This document shows positions 18,650 to 27,980 of a DNA stretch of 64,000 nucleotides, one piece after another; the first letter of the stretch is position 1, and the number at the start of each line of letters is the position of its first letter. The notes under the pieces were generated by a model. It worked only from the letters and a program-made list of their open reading frames with translations, was not told the origin of the DNA and ran no database searches. Origin of the DNA: a virus; the IMG/VR virus record IMGVR_UViG_3300036937_000041, positions 1-64,000 of that record. One strand, given 5' to 3'. Made by a program: the position numbers and the translations under genes.

Positions 18650-19979
18650 TTATTATCTTGCGAATAAACTTTTTAATTGGAATTCCGTTGATATTCGTGA
18701 TTTTTGCCTTGTTAAGCACGGAGATCACTTTGTCATATGCCTCGGCATCAACTTGAATTTCTTTTACATACTTGAAGTCAATGAAATTTCTAAATATTTG
18801 CTCGTTGCCCACGACGGTCGCCAAATCTTTGTCCGCCAAAGTGTTGATAAACTTTTGACGCCCAAGCCATCTCTTTTCAATTAGACCTGTTTTTCCATAT
18901 GAATCACTATCATACCCGTACCAATCAAGTCTGTTCAGCTGCGATTTATCTATGATGTACCTGACTCTGCCCGTCCCAACATCATCTACTGTGATCTTCG
19001 TCAAGTCCTCTCCGACCGGTGAGATACGGGTAAACACCCCATTGGCGCCCCCGGCCCTAAGATCGGCCGTGCAGGAGAGCCCTGTTGTTTTATCACCAAT
19101 TCCCGCCATCGTTCGAACCTCGGTGGATATAAATTGCCCTGATTTTATCAGATTTGGCATATCCTCTATCGATCCGCAATGGTACAAAGTCTCGACCTGA
19201 TCGAGCACCTCTTTCGGCAGCTCTTTCATCGGAATCTGATACCCAGAAATGTTTTCAAACGTATACTTTTCAAGATTACCAATATCTGCTGCTTTATCCG
19301 CCCATGCAACTCTGGCCTTCAAGTAGCTCAAACGATCCGCCTCACTGGTCGAGGTCAGAAGACCATCGATTCCAACATTTTTCGCCATATCTCCAAATTT
19401 AGCAACAGCGGACTTGAGATCTGAATCGATAACGTCGATAAATACTCGATTCATATACGAAGCATACTTGTCTTTCGGGCTATACATGTAAAATTTGCTG
19501 GCAATTTTTCCATCAGGACCGCGGACAATCGCTTTCTTTATCTTTGCTTCACGTCCAACCCATTTGTCCTCTGTAAGCTTTCCATTAGAAACCAGGTTTG
19601 TCCGCAAGTACCCGCTCTCTGCTGATGCTTTTTTGGCCGTTAAGCTCTTCCACACGGTAGCACCCGAGTCCTCGGTAAACTTAAACTCAAAGCTATAGTA
19701 TTCCTTTTTAGCCTGCACGTCCCATAATTTATATATCTTAAGTTCCTGTCCGTCTATCGCAGATCCATCAATGGGTATGCGCGCCACAGACTGAACTTTA
19801 GATGTGCCGACCTGCTCCCACTTAACGTCCTTAAGACCTTTTCCGTTCAGTAGGTCAATATTCTGGCCAGCAGACAGATATGGATCTATCGGCCTTGCGG
19901 TGATCGCCGTTGACACCTCTTTCTTGGCCACCGGAGCGGCAACCTTGATCGTTTGTTTGGCGGCAAATTGTGCGCCAGC
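18642..19979 (-). CDS. ADP-ribosyltransferase-like domain, in frame with MuF gene behind a TAG
   Basis: LYH...NLIKSG.FIS, GGANGVFTR, GNEQ (H-[YF]-E ART-like); frame is open right up to the MuF stop; AT-richer than flanks. Confidence 0.55.
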   Translation of the reverse strand, partial: AGAQFAAKQTIKVAAPVAKKEVSTAITARPIDPYLSAGQNIDLLNGKGLKDVKWEQVGTSKVQSVARIPIDGSAIDGQELKIYKLWDVQAKKEYYSFEFKFTEDSGATVWKSLTAKKASAESGYLRTNLVSNGKLTEDKWVGREAKIKKAIVRGPDGKIASKFYMYSPKDKYASYMNRVFIDVIDSDLKSAVAKFGDMAKNVGIDGLLTSTSEADRLSYLKARVAWADKAADIGNLEKYTFENISGYQIPMKELPKEVLDQVETLYHCGSIEDMPNLIKSGQFISTEVRTMAGIGDKTTGLSCTADLRAGGANGVFTRISPVGEDLTKITVDDVGTGRVRYIIDKSQLNRLDWYGYDSDSYGKTGLIEKRWLGRQKFINTLADKDLATVVGNEQIFRNFIDFKYVKEIQVDAEAYDKVISVLNKAKITNINGIPIKKFIRKIISV

Positions 19980-21386
19980 CTAGGAGTTGGGTACCGCGTA
20001 GTATATCTGTCCGCTGATACTCTTTCTCGTGTAGATACCTAACTCTCTCGCCCGCTGGTTAAACGTGTACCAAGGAAGATCCGCCTGTTCTCCATACAAA
20101 GCAGATATCCGCGCTTTGTCGACCGCGCGTAACCCCGATCCAATAAAATCCGAACCATCACCAGTCAGATTAAGACCCGCAGATGTGGTGCCACCCATTG
20201 GTTTTTTGGCCCCCAGAGTAATATTCGGATTCCCCCTATCTTTCGGATCTATTATCGACACTATGTTATTCTTTGTCCGTAGGGATACAAACTCAGCCCG
20301 GGGCTGGCTTATCCCCCCCAGCTTATCGAGGTTGAGCGCCGCCTGCCGGTAGGATATTGGACTACCGAACTGGCCGACCACCGCCTGATCCAGGTCAAAC
20401 TGCTCGGCCTTCCACAGCTTGTACAGCTGATCGTTGGCGAACACCTGGCGCTGTTCGACGTCACTCATCGTATAAAATTGCTGGGCCAACGGCGGATCAA
20501 AAGTATCGTCGACGGGCTGAGTGATCTGCCCGGTGTTAAAGTACTCATCCGGGTAGGGCATGGGGACCAGCACGCACATCCCATTCGGGTGGTCGACCAG
20601 TTGTTCCCCCGGAGCGTAGTACCGGCCATCCTGGGCGATGCAGGCCAGGCACGGACGGCCGTCGGCGACCCGTCGAGACCCGTAGAACACATCTTGATTA
20701 TCTTGGACAAACCCGGTCGTGTCCCCGTTGACCGCCCCCATGTAGGACGTGCGGGCAATCCGGGTCACATTGTACTCGGCGGTGCGCCGCACAGTCTCGT
20801 CGACATCCTTTGGGTACATGGAGGCCAGCACCTTGTCGGTCGCCCAGCCGAACCCCTTTCCCTTAGAGATGGCGAGCATCATCTCCCGCTGGATCATCTT
20901 CACCTGATCGGCGCCGACGGTCTTGATCAGCGCCGCCGGATCCTGTCCGGCCTGCAGCTGGCGCCGGAGCGCCTGGGTAAACGACTGCGCGGGCGTGCCC
21001 CCAAACGAGATGTTAACCGACGCCTCGGCAACCGGCTTCTGCCCGGCCGCGATCTTGGCCTTCGAGAGCGCGTGCTCCAACTCTTGTCGGTAGAACATGT
21101 ATATTTCCTCGGCGCGCCCGACCACCTCTTGGGCCATCATACTATATCGATAATGCACATACGAGGAAAGGCGGGCAAAGTACTGCCCGGCCTGCTGTTC
21201 AAACTGAGCGTAGTCAAAGCGATCACCCTGGGAATTTTGATCGACTATCGCCTTGGCCATCCCCTGCACATAAATCGATATGTCCTGCAGCGCGGACCTG
21301 ATTTGCTTTACCTGCTGAAAATCTCGATGGTTGGCGCCGCGCACCAACCGAGATCCGTAGGCGGAGAACAGTCGATTACGCTTCAT
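19980..21386 (-). CDS. MuF/SPP1 gp7-like head morphogenesis protein
   Basis: RIARTSY, PCLACIAQDG..Y, HPNGMCVLVP; directly after portal. Confidence 0.85.
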   Translation of the reverse strand: MKRNRLFSAYGSRLVRGANHRDFQQVKQIRSALQDISIYVQGMAKAIVDQNSQGDRFDYAQFEQQAGQYFARLSSYVHYRYSMMAQEVVGRAEEIYMFYRQELEHALSKAKIAAGQKPVAEASVNISFGGTPAQSFTQALRRQLQAGQDPAALIKTVGADQVKMIQREMMLAISKGKGFGWATDKVLASMYPKDVDETVRRTAEYNVTRIARTSYMGAVNGDTTGFVQDNQDVFYGSRRVADGRPCLACIAQDGRYYAPGEQLVDHPNGMCVLVPMPYPDEYFNTGQITQPVDDTFDPPLAQQFYTMSDVEQRQVFANDQLYKLWKAEQFDLDQAVVGQFGSPISYRQAALNLDKLGGISQPRAEFVSLRTKNNIVSIIDPKDRGNPNITLGAKKPMGGTTSAGLNLTGDGSDFIGSGLRAVDKARISALYGEQADLPWYTFNQRARELGIYTRKSISGQIYYAVPNS

Positions 21387-23249
21387 CTACTTTCCGGGCG
21401 GCGTAGGTTGGCCCGCCGGTTGGTCGGCCGGTTGACCGGCCGGGGGCGCATTCGGATCCGCGGAGGGCAGACCGTTGTTAAACCGGGAGTACGCCTGCTC
21501 TTTCCTGCTCTGATCGGCAGCCCACTCGGCGGCCGTCCGCGACTCCTCCACTTCGGGGTTGAGGCCGATGCGCAGCCGCGCCGTATAGACGGACATGAGG
21601 CCCAGCGTTATATAGATCTGCACCGCTTGTGCCTCCTGAGTCGGATCGGTCTGGATTATGTTCGGGAAGATCAGCATCAGCGGGATGTTGATCGTCCGTA
21701 TAGTCTTTTTCTTCTTGCTCTGGTCTACCAGGGGCTGCACGTCGGCCACCGCCTCGTTCAACGTCGCCCCCGAGGCCATACGGTCGTCAATGTATCTTCG
21801 CACCTCGCCTATTGCGTCCTCCGGCAGGTACTCGACCGTGTACTCCTCTTTGAGGACGCCCCTGCGGATGCCCATGACAATCAGGTAGCGGAGCATGCGC
21901 CGTAGGTGCTCACCATACTCATCCTGCATATCCTGGACCATCTGCGCATAGGGGTTGCCCGCCTCTTTGATCGACGCGTAGTTCTCGTTCTCGGCGTTGA
22001 CCTGCAGAATGTGGATCGGCATCGACAGCGCGCTGCCAATCATGTACAGAATAGATTTATAATCTGTTTCGGCCTCGACCGCCCCCGTGTTGGGCGCCAG
22101 TATCTGGTATTTACGATCCGGCGTTTCTATGAGCTTCATCCCACCCTCGGGCATGGGCTCGGTCGACCGCGTAAACGATGCTCGTTTACCCGAACCACCA
22201 CCCCGGGTCTCGACCAGAAATATCTTAGACCGAAGATGGTTGAGGCGCGCCCTGGAGTACAGAAAGTCGACGGCCACCCTGTTCCAGCGGAGAATCGACT
22301 CCATGATCACCCGCCCCCGCAGATCGTACTCTAGCCCGTGGCGGAACATCATCATCCGCACCCGCTCCGGCTGCTCGGCGTCGCCCACGTTCTTCGACCG
22401 CGCTCGATTTAACGTCTGGGGCAGGTGAAGCTGATCCTCATCACCATACGGATGAGATATATCTAGGTAGATCTTTGTGCTCATCTCCTTGCTGTCCAGC
22501 GGAACGTACATCCGCTTGTAGGACAGGCGCGTTTCATAATCTTCTGGATCGAGCTCAATCTCATCGATTTCTGACGAGCTTACCGACCTGAAGTTCAGCA
22601 GCGTATCATACTCGGCGTCAAACCCTGGGTCGTAGTTGTCGAACAGCAGCGGAAAGTACTCGCCGTCCAACAGATAGGTCTGGAACATCTGTTTGACCCG
22701 GATCTCCATGTTATTCCGCTCCCAGAAGTTCTGGACAACATGTTTTATGTCGTCAACCAAACAGTCTATGCGGATGCCCCGGCCCAGCACATACCGTTTG
22801 AGGTTCTCGATCTCGCTGTGCGCAATAGGGTAGTTGATATACTGATATCTGGATGCCGCTTGTTGAAGGCGCAGCCGCCCCACATCCTGCACCGTATTCG
22901 GATCCTGGTTGGGGACAAAGCCGACGGCCGTCCACTCGGCCTCGCTCAATCGTGCAAATTTCTTCCTATCCGGATCTTTTACCGACAGCTGATCCCCGTC
23001 GTTGATCCCCACATACTGTTCGAATATGGATGACCCACGATATGCCTCCACACGGTACAGGCTGTCCCCCTTACCACTTTTTACCCACTCTGTGGCCTCC
23101 GCCACCGCGTCCTCGATACGCCCGTCGATGCTCGCCTCCAGGTCGGCAACCCGGTCGTCCGCGGCCCGCTGAATATCCTCGACGATGAGCCGCATTTCGT
23201 CCTCTACCACCCGTCGAGCGATCTTAAACTGTTTTGCCGCCACCGTCAT
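21387..23249 (-). CDS. Portal protein
   Basis: 620 aa; YVLGRG, LDGEYF, RG..IME, ENENYAS (NYAS) motif; between terminase and MuF. Confidence 0.85.
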   Translation of the reverse strand: MTVAAKQFKIARRVVEDEMRLIVEDIQRAADDRVADLEASIDGRIEDAVAEATEWVKSGKGDSLYRVEAYRGSSIFEQYVGINDGDQLSVKDPDRKKFARLSEAEWTAVGFVPNQDPNTVQDVGRLRLQQAASRYQYINYPIAHSEIENLKRYVLGRGIRIDCLVDDIKHVVQNFWERNNMEIRVKQMFQTYLLDGEYFPLLFDNYDPGFDAEYDTLLNFRSVSSSEIDEIELDPEDYETRLSYKRMYVPLDSKEMSTKIYLDISHPYGDEDQLHLPQTLNRARSKNVGDAEQPERVRMMMFRHGLEYDLRGRVIMESILRWNRVAVDFLYSRARLNHLRSKIFLVETRGGGSGKRASFTRSTEPMPEGGMKLIETPDRKYQILAPNTGAVEAETDYKSILYMIGSALSMPIHILQVNAENENYASIKEAGNPYAQMVQDMQDEYGEHLRRMLRYLIVMGIRRGVLKEEYTVEYLPEDAIGEVRRYIDDRMASGATLNEAVADVQPLVDQSKKKKTIRTINIPLMLIFPNIIQTDPTQEAQAVQIYITLGLMSVYTARLRIGLNPEVEESRTAAEWAADQSRKEQAYSRFNNGLPSADPNAPPAGQPADQPAGQPTPPGK

Positions 23250-23297
23250 ATACTAAACCTCCATCTTAGCCTATTTAATGCGAACAATATATTTATC

Positions 23298-24137
23298 CTA
23301 TCCGCTGCGGCGCACTCGGGCGAAAAATCTGGCCGCCTGGAGCTGGACTTCCCGGCGCTGCTCGTTCATCCGCATAATATTCTGCAGCTCGGGGATCCCC
23401 AGTTTGAGCGCCCAGCGTACCACATCCCGGTATGATACACTGTAGGGGAATACAATCTGTTCCAGCTGCTTTTTCATCTCAAGCGGGATCGACAGACTAA
23501 ACGTGTGCTCGGCCGCCTCCTTGGTCTCCGGCCTGATCTCCACACGATCATCGACTGATATCATATGATACTCTATGTGTTCGGCAATCTGCTGCTGGTC
23601 GGTCCGCAGATCAAACTGGCGTTCGAGCTCGGCGGGCAACCCCTGCAGACTATGCTGATGTTCGTCAAGCCAGAAGTGAACACGCTCCTCCACCGCGTCA
23701 ACATGCTCACAGTCACATATGGGGCAGCAATTGTAGTCGGCGGTTACCCCCGATTTTCGTTTTTCATCGTAGAACAGTCGTTCGAACCGGGCGATCGCAC
23801 GCAGACGAATATTGTTGGCCGCCCCCTCGGTGACCAGGCCCATCCCCTTGGCGATCTCGTTTGCGGTCTTCCCCTGCATGTAGTATCGTTCGATGACCAT
23901 CCGCTCCACCTTGGGCAAGCGGACGAGCGCCCGGCGGACGATCGTGATCAATATTGACCGAGCATCCTCGTCCTCGTGGGCGGGCAGCTGCCCTGTCTCC
24001 TCCAACTCAAGTATGTCCTGCAGGCTGAGGCTCAGGTGCTCCACGCTCATCGGATCAAATCTATCGACATATAAGTTGGGATCAACCTGCTCGACATACT
24101 GTGTTGAAGAGTACTCTCCCGGTGCGGTCTTGCGCAA
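23298..24137 (-). CDS. Sigma70 region-4-like HTH plus Zn-finger protein
   Basis: LVRLPKVERMVIERYYMQGKTANEIAKGMG; CPIC...H...H. Confidence 0.65.
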   Translation of the reverse strand: MRKTAPGEYSSTQYVEQVDPNLYVDRFDPMSVEHLSLSLQDILELEETGQLPAHEDEDARSILITIVRRALVRLPKVERMVIERYYMQGKTANEIAKGMGLVTEGAANNIRLRAIARFERLFYDEKRKSGVTADYNCCPICDCEHVDAVEERVHFWLDEHQHSLQGLPAELERQFDLRTDQQQIAEHIEYHMISVDDRVEIRPETKEAAEHTFSLSIPLEMKKQLEQIVFPYSVSYRDVVRWALKLGIPELQNIMRMNEQRREVQLQAARFFARVRRSG

Positions 24138-24147
24138 TCGTTCTCTG

Positions 24148-25344
24148 CTAATAGTAATCTGCTCCGTCTATGGTATTGCTCTCGTCAAATATGGACCCGC
24201 GGCGCGGCCCCGGGCGCTCACGCGCATCCTCATCCTCTTCGGGCCGCTGCTGCTGCCGTCGTGCTTCCCGCTCGATCGCCTGACGATCAAACTCATTATC
24301 TGCGGCCGCCATCTGGTGGGCCAGCCGCTGTTGGCGCGCGCGCGTATCCTCCTCCGGTTCAAAGTAGGTCACATTGTTGTTCGCGTTAAACATAGCACCG
24401 ATAACCGATTCAAGCAAGTCAATAGATCCGCGTGGCGACTCTCGAACATGCATTGTCCGCGCATCATATGTAGCGCCCAGGGCCTCCTGTTCGATCAGCG
24501 TAATATACTGATGTTCATCAACCACCACCCCAAAATCATCAACATCGCACTTTTTAACATTCCCGTATACCGCTTCAGAGCTTTCCGACTGAGGTTCGTA
24601 AAACGGAACATGGCAACGACCCGACTGGATTGCTGTTTTGCCGTGCGTCCACGCGGCCAGTCCTGAAAACTTGCCGAGGGCGATGGTCGACTCCTTGCGA
24701 TATCGTTCCGGACGATCAAAGTCGATCACCGGGTAGGTGGTCGTCCGATCGAGCGACAAGTTGGCGCATATAAAACCATGATGCTGTTCGGTCTCGCGCG
24801 CGAGCAGCTGCATCGTGTGCACCGATTGAAATCGGTCGAAGGTCATCAACAGGATGGGAAACCCCCGACGATCTATCTCATAGATTATCTCCCTAATCTG
24901 CTCGAAGTCAACCGGATGCCCTTTTTCCGGTTTGATCCTGAACAGCAGATCGAAGGTAAAGTCGGGAAGATACTCCGATGTGAAATAGAATTCCCCGCGC
25001 TCGTCCTTGCGCCGCATCGCTATCTTCCGCCATTCGGACACATGGCACATCGACAGCGCATATGCATCGTGGGTATACCCACCGTCAAGGTGCATAAACC
25101 GATAGTTGTCGTCGGTGCACCACCAGCCGGGGTCGAATTTCATATCCTTGTCTATCGGGTTGGGCCGATTCTGATCGACCATATCGTGGATGGCCCGCCG
25201 GTACTCAAAGTACGGCGATTCCGATTCCTGTGGGGTGTCACCAAACGACTGCCACGCGACTATCGGATTGGATATAAAATCATCATAGAATTCTATGGGG
25301 ATCTCTATGATGTTCTGAGGAAACTCGGACGCCCTCGGGCTCAT
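24148..25344 (-). CDS. Terminase large subunit, C-terminal nuclease half
   Basis: IPIEF..DF..NP, RFMHLDGG..HDA, TFDRFQS, GSIDLLES. Confidence 0.8.
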   Translation of the reverse strand: MSPRASEFPQNIIEIPIEFYDDFISNPIVAWQSFGDTPQESESPYFEYRRAIHDMVDQNRPNPIDKDMKFDPGWWCTDDNYRFMHLDGGYTHDAYALSMCHVSEWRKIAMRRKDERGEFYFTSEYLPDFTFDLLFRIKPEKGHPVDFEQIREIIYEIDRRGFPILLMTFDRFQSVHTMQLLARETEQHHGFICANLSLDRTTTYPVIDFDRPERYRKESTIALGKFSGLAAWTHGKTAIQSGRCHVPFYEPQSESSEAVYGNVKKCDVDDFGVVVDEHQYITLIEQEALGATYDARTMHVRESPRGSIDLLESVIGAMFNANNNVTYFEPEEDTRARQQRLAHQMAAADNEFDRQAIEREARRQQQRPEEDEDARERPGPRRGSIFDESNTIDGADYY

Positions 25345-25601
25345 AGGCTGATGGTCACCTGCGCGCTCAGCACCTCTTTCTGATTGTTATACGGGGTGCA
25401 GAAATTGCCGTTCAGCAACGCTTCTCGAACCGAATAACACTGTTGGGGATCCTCTGGGACGTCAACCGTGACCGACAGGCTGCGCGCCCGTGGGTCTGGG
25501 GGCTCAACCGCTAGCTTGCGCGCCAGCTTTGTCAGCAGGAAATATTCATCCTGACCCTCGGCCACCATAGTCATCTCACCTTGTTCTGCTTCAATGCGCA
25601 T
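25341..25601 (-). CDS. Hypothetical protein
   Basis: 86 aa, overlaps both neighbours. Confidence 0.55.
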   Translation of the reverse strand: MRIEAEQGEMTMVAEGQDEYFLLTKLARKLAVEPPDPRARSLSVTVDVPEDPQQCYSVREALLNGNFCTPYNNQKEVLSAQVTISL

Positions 25602-27201
25602 ACTCTGCTCCTATCAATTGATTTAACTCGGAGATCAGCGCGGCCGGGTCGCCGCCGCTGCCCTCACATTCTCTTATACTGTTAACCAGATCGTGGAGCC
25701 GACGTTGTCGCCGTTCCTCGATCAAACTTTTCATCGCCAAACTTGTATCCACACCATATCCGGCCATGTAGATCACGCTGTCCATCAGGCGCGCCTGGCC
25801 CCCGGTCAGCCCCGTGTACAGCGCCGCACTATCGGTGCCGCTTTCCCGTATTGAACGGTAGACGGCCAGTAAATCCGGATGATCGTCGAGCAACCGCTCG
25901 TCCACGGTCATCCCCTGATCGGCGTAGACCCCGGCGAGCAGGATGAGCGCCTGCGCATAATCTACGGCGGACAGACGCTCCGGCTGCCCCAGAGGACGGC
26001 CGCCCACGGCGGTCAGGCTCGCCCTGACGATCTTCAGCTGCTCGGCACACAGGTCGAGGAACAGCGACCTTCGATCGACGTTGACCATCTGCCCGGCGAG
26101 CTTCTTGACCAACAGGGTGAGCTGCGCCTTATGATCGGGTGTGGCCGCGCGCAACCGCATGTCAAACCAACTTTGGGCGCCGCGGAGCAGCCTGGTCATC
26201 TCCGGACGGCCATGCTCTCTGATCACCAGATCTGGATCCTTGTCCTCGGTCTTCACCACGTAGACGGAAATTCCTTGGTCGAACAGGGCGGCCATGCTAG
26301 AATCAACGGCGGCCACCCCCGCCGAATCAGAGTCGAGGGCGAGCACCGCCTCCGCACAGTAGCGGGCGAGCAGCTTCGCATGCTTGGGCGTGAGCGCCAC
26401 CCCACAGATGGCCACCGTATTCGTATACCCCGCTTGGTACATGCTAAGCTGATCAAAGTAGCCCTCGACAATGATCACCCCCTTACACTTAGATATTGAT
26501 CTCCATGCACGGTCTAATCCATATAGGTACGCACCTTTATCGTAAATTGGGGTATCCGGGGAGTTCATGTACTTGGGGGTCGCCCCGGGCGCCGTACCGG
26601 CAAAGCCGAGCGTTCTCCCCTGCAAGTCGATCAGTGGGAACACCCACCGGGATGCCCATCGATCAAAGTAACCACGATCGCCCTTGATCAGCAAACCGGA
26701 GAGTGCGATCAGCTCCGGAGACCAGTCGGACAACCGTCGGCGAAGCAGACCATCGTCGTAGCCCAGTCGGTACTCGGCAACTATCTCGGGGGATAGCCCC
26801 CGCCGCCCCACGAAGTAGTCCTCGGCGTCGGCCAGCCGCTCCACAAAATATTGACCAGCAAGATCGTGGACAGCCAACAGCTGGTCTGCCTGATCATCAG
26901 CTTTGTACTCAAGTTTGATCCCCAGCCTGTTCGCCAGGTAAGCGGCCGCCTGGCCAAAGGTCATCCGCTGATAGTCCATCAAAAACGTGAACACGTTGCC
27001 GCCCCGTCCGCAGCCAAAGCATTTGTATATCTGCTTGGTTCGACTGACGCTAAAGCTCGGTGCCTGCTCCGTGTGGTCTAAAAATGGGCATATTGCCTGA
27101 TATTCGGTGCTCCCCTTGGCCTTGAGCGTAACCCACTGGGATATCAGGTCAACGATGTCCGTCTGCACACGTATGTTGTCCAGCAGATTGCGTGGGATCA
27201 T
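25591..27201 (-). CDS. dnaG: DNA primase
   Basis: CHC2 Zn finger CPF..H.E..PSF...CFGC; KYMNSP.T; TOPRIM VEGYFD and DSD.AG; start reassigned to 27201. Confidence 0.93.
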   Translation of the reverse strand: MIPRNLLDNIRVQTDIVDLISQWVTLKAKGSTEYQAICPFLDHTEQAPSFSVSRTKQIYKCFGCGRGGNVFTFLMDYQRMTFGQAAAYLANRLGIKLEYKADDQADQLLAVHDLAGQYFVERLADAEDYFVGRRGLSPEIVAEYRLGYDDGLLRRRLSDWSPELIALSGLLIKGDRGYFDRWASRWVFPLIDLQGRTLGFAGTAPGATPKYMNSPDTPIYDKGAYLYGLDRAWRSISKCKGVIIVEGYFDQLSMYQAGYTNTVAICGVALTPKHAKLLARYCAEAVLALDSDSAGVAAVDSSMAALFDQGISVYVVKTEDKDPDLVIREHGRPEMTRLLRGAQSWFDMRLRAATPDHKAQLTLLVKKLAGQMVNVDRRSLFLDLCAEQLKIVRASLTAVGGRPLGQPERLSAVDYAQALILLAGVYADQGMTVDERLLDDHPDLLAVYRSIRESGTDSAALYTGLTGGQARLMDSVIYMAGYGVDTSLAMKSLIEERRQRRLHDLVNSIRECEGSGGDPAALISELNQLIGAEYAH

Positions 27202-27250
27202 AGTAGAGTATACGCCGTTCTTCCTTGACAGCCGTTTACAAAATTTCTGA

Positions 27251-27520
27251 TGGCCCCTGTGGTTCATTCCACCCGGCAACGATCAACTTGCCGACGCTAG
27301 CGTGGGGCCATATAAGATTTGGCCGGTCTGACGCCCATAGATTAACGATGCTCACCGGGCTTCTGCTCGCACCATACTCGTCTACGATTTATCAAACCGG
27401 CCATTCTATACTTTCTCGGCGCTGCACGTCCACCGGTGGAGGCCCGCAGATGTGCACAAGCGGGTAAGCCCGGCCGTCGATCGGATGAAAGCTATTAGAC
27501 CGATCAACAGCGCGCGCCGA
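27251..27520 (-). ncRNA. Three tandem structured RNA-like elements of unknown family
   Basis: Closed stems at 27251-27310, 27320-27403 and 27416-27520 separated by short AT spacers; G-U pairs favour the minus strand. Confidence 0.5.
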
Positions 27521-27535
27521 TTCCTTATATTCCGC

Positions 27536-27943
27536 TTATCGATTCTCTACCGGGGGTGCCGGAGGCTCTTCTACAGTCGCCGCGGGCTCGGTCGCCGTAG
27601 GTTCGGGCGCCGGAGGCTCTTCTACGGGCGCCGTAGGTTCAGGCGCCGGAGGCTCTTCCGGGGGCACTGTGGGCGCCTGTGGCGGTGCCGTGGGGGCAAC
27701 AGGCGGCCGCTCGACTGCCTCCGCCTTCTCGGCCTCCAGGGTGGCGAGCGCCTGCTTGGTGATCAGCTTTCCGTCGTAGACGGTCAGGTCGAGACGGCTT
27801 TCGTTAAGCACCGAACTGGGGCCGACCAGACGATCGATAGCCTGCTCGGCAAACTTGCGGATCAACGGGCTATCCGGAACATCCAGCTCGTCCTTGAGCG
27901 CCTGCGCCAGCTCGTCGCCGACGATAATCTTAATCTCTGACAT
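27536..27943 (-). CDS. Hypothetical protein with Pro/Glu-rich repeats
   Basis: EEPPAPEPTA repeats; SD AAAGGAG. Confidence 0.7.
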   Translation of the reverse strand: MSEIKIIVGDELAQALKDELDVPDSPLIRKFAEQAIDRLVGPSSVLNESRLDLTVYDGKLITKQALATLEAEKAEAVERPPVAPTAPPQAPTVPPEEPPAPEPTAPVEEPPAPEPTATEPAATVEEPPAPPVENR

Positions 27944-27980
27944 TCGGGTCTCCTTTCCTTTTGATACAGTATACGCTATT

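Noticed and set aside
10630-21905. Long plus-strand ORFs (e.g. 10630-11574, 11477-12757, 20478-21905)
   Set aside because: Antisense shadows of well-supported GC-rich minus-strand genes, with no motifs
27416-27520. Hammerhead or HDV-like ribozyme
   Set aside because: Could not place the CUGANGA/GAAA core or a nested double pseudoknot by eye
27590-27670. DNA direct repeats as mobile element ends or origin iterons
   Set aside because: Explained by EEPPAPEPTA peptide repeats in the CDS
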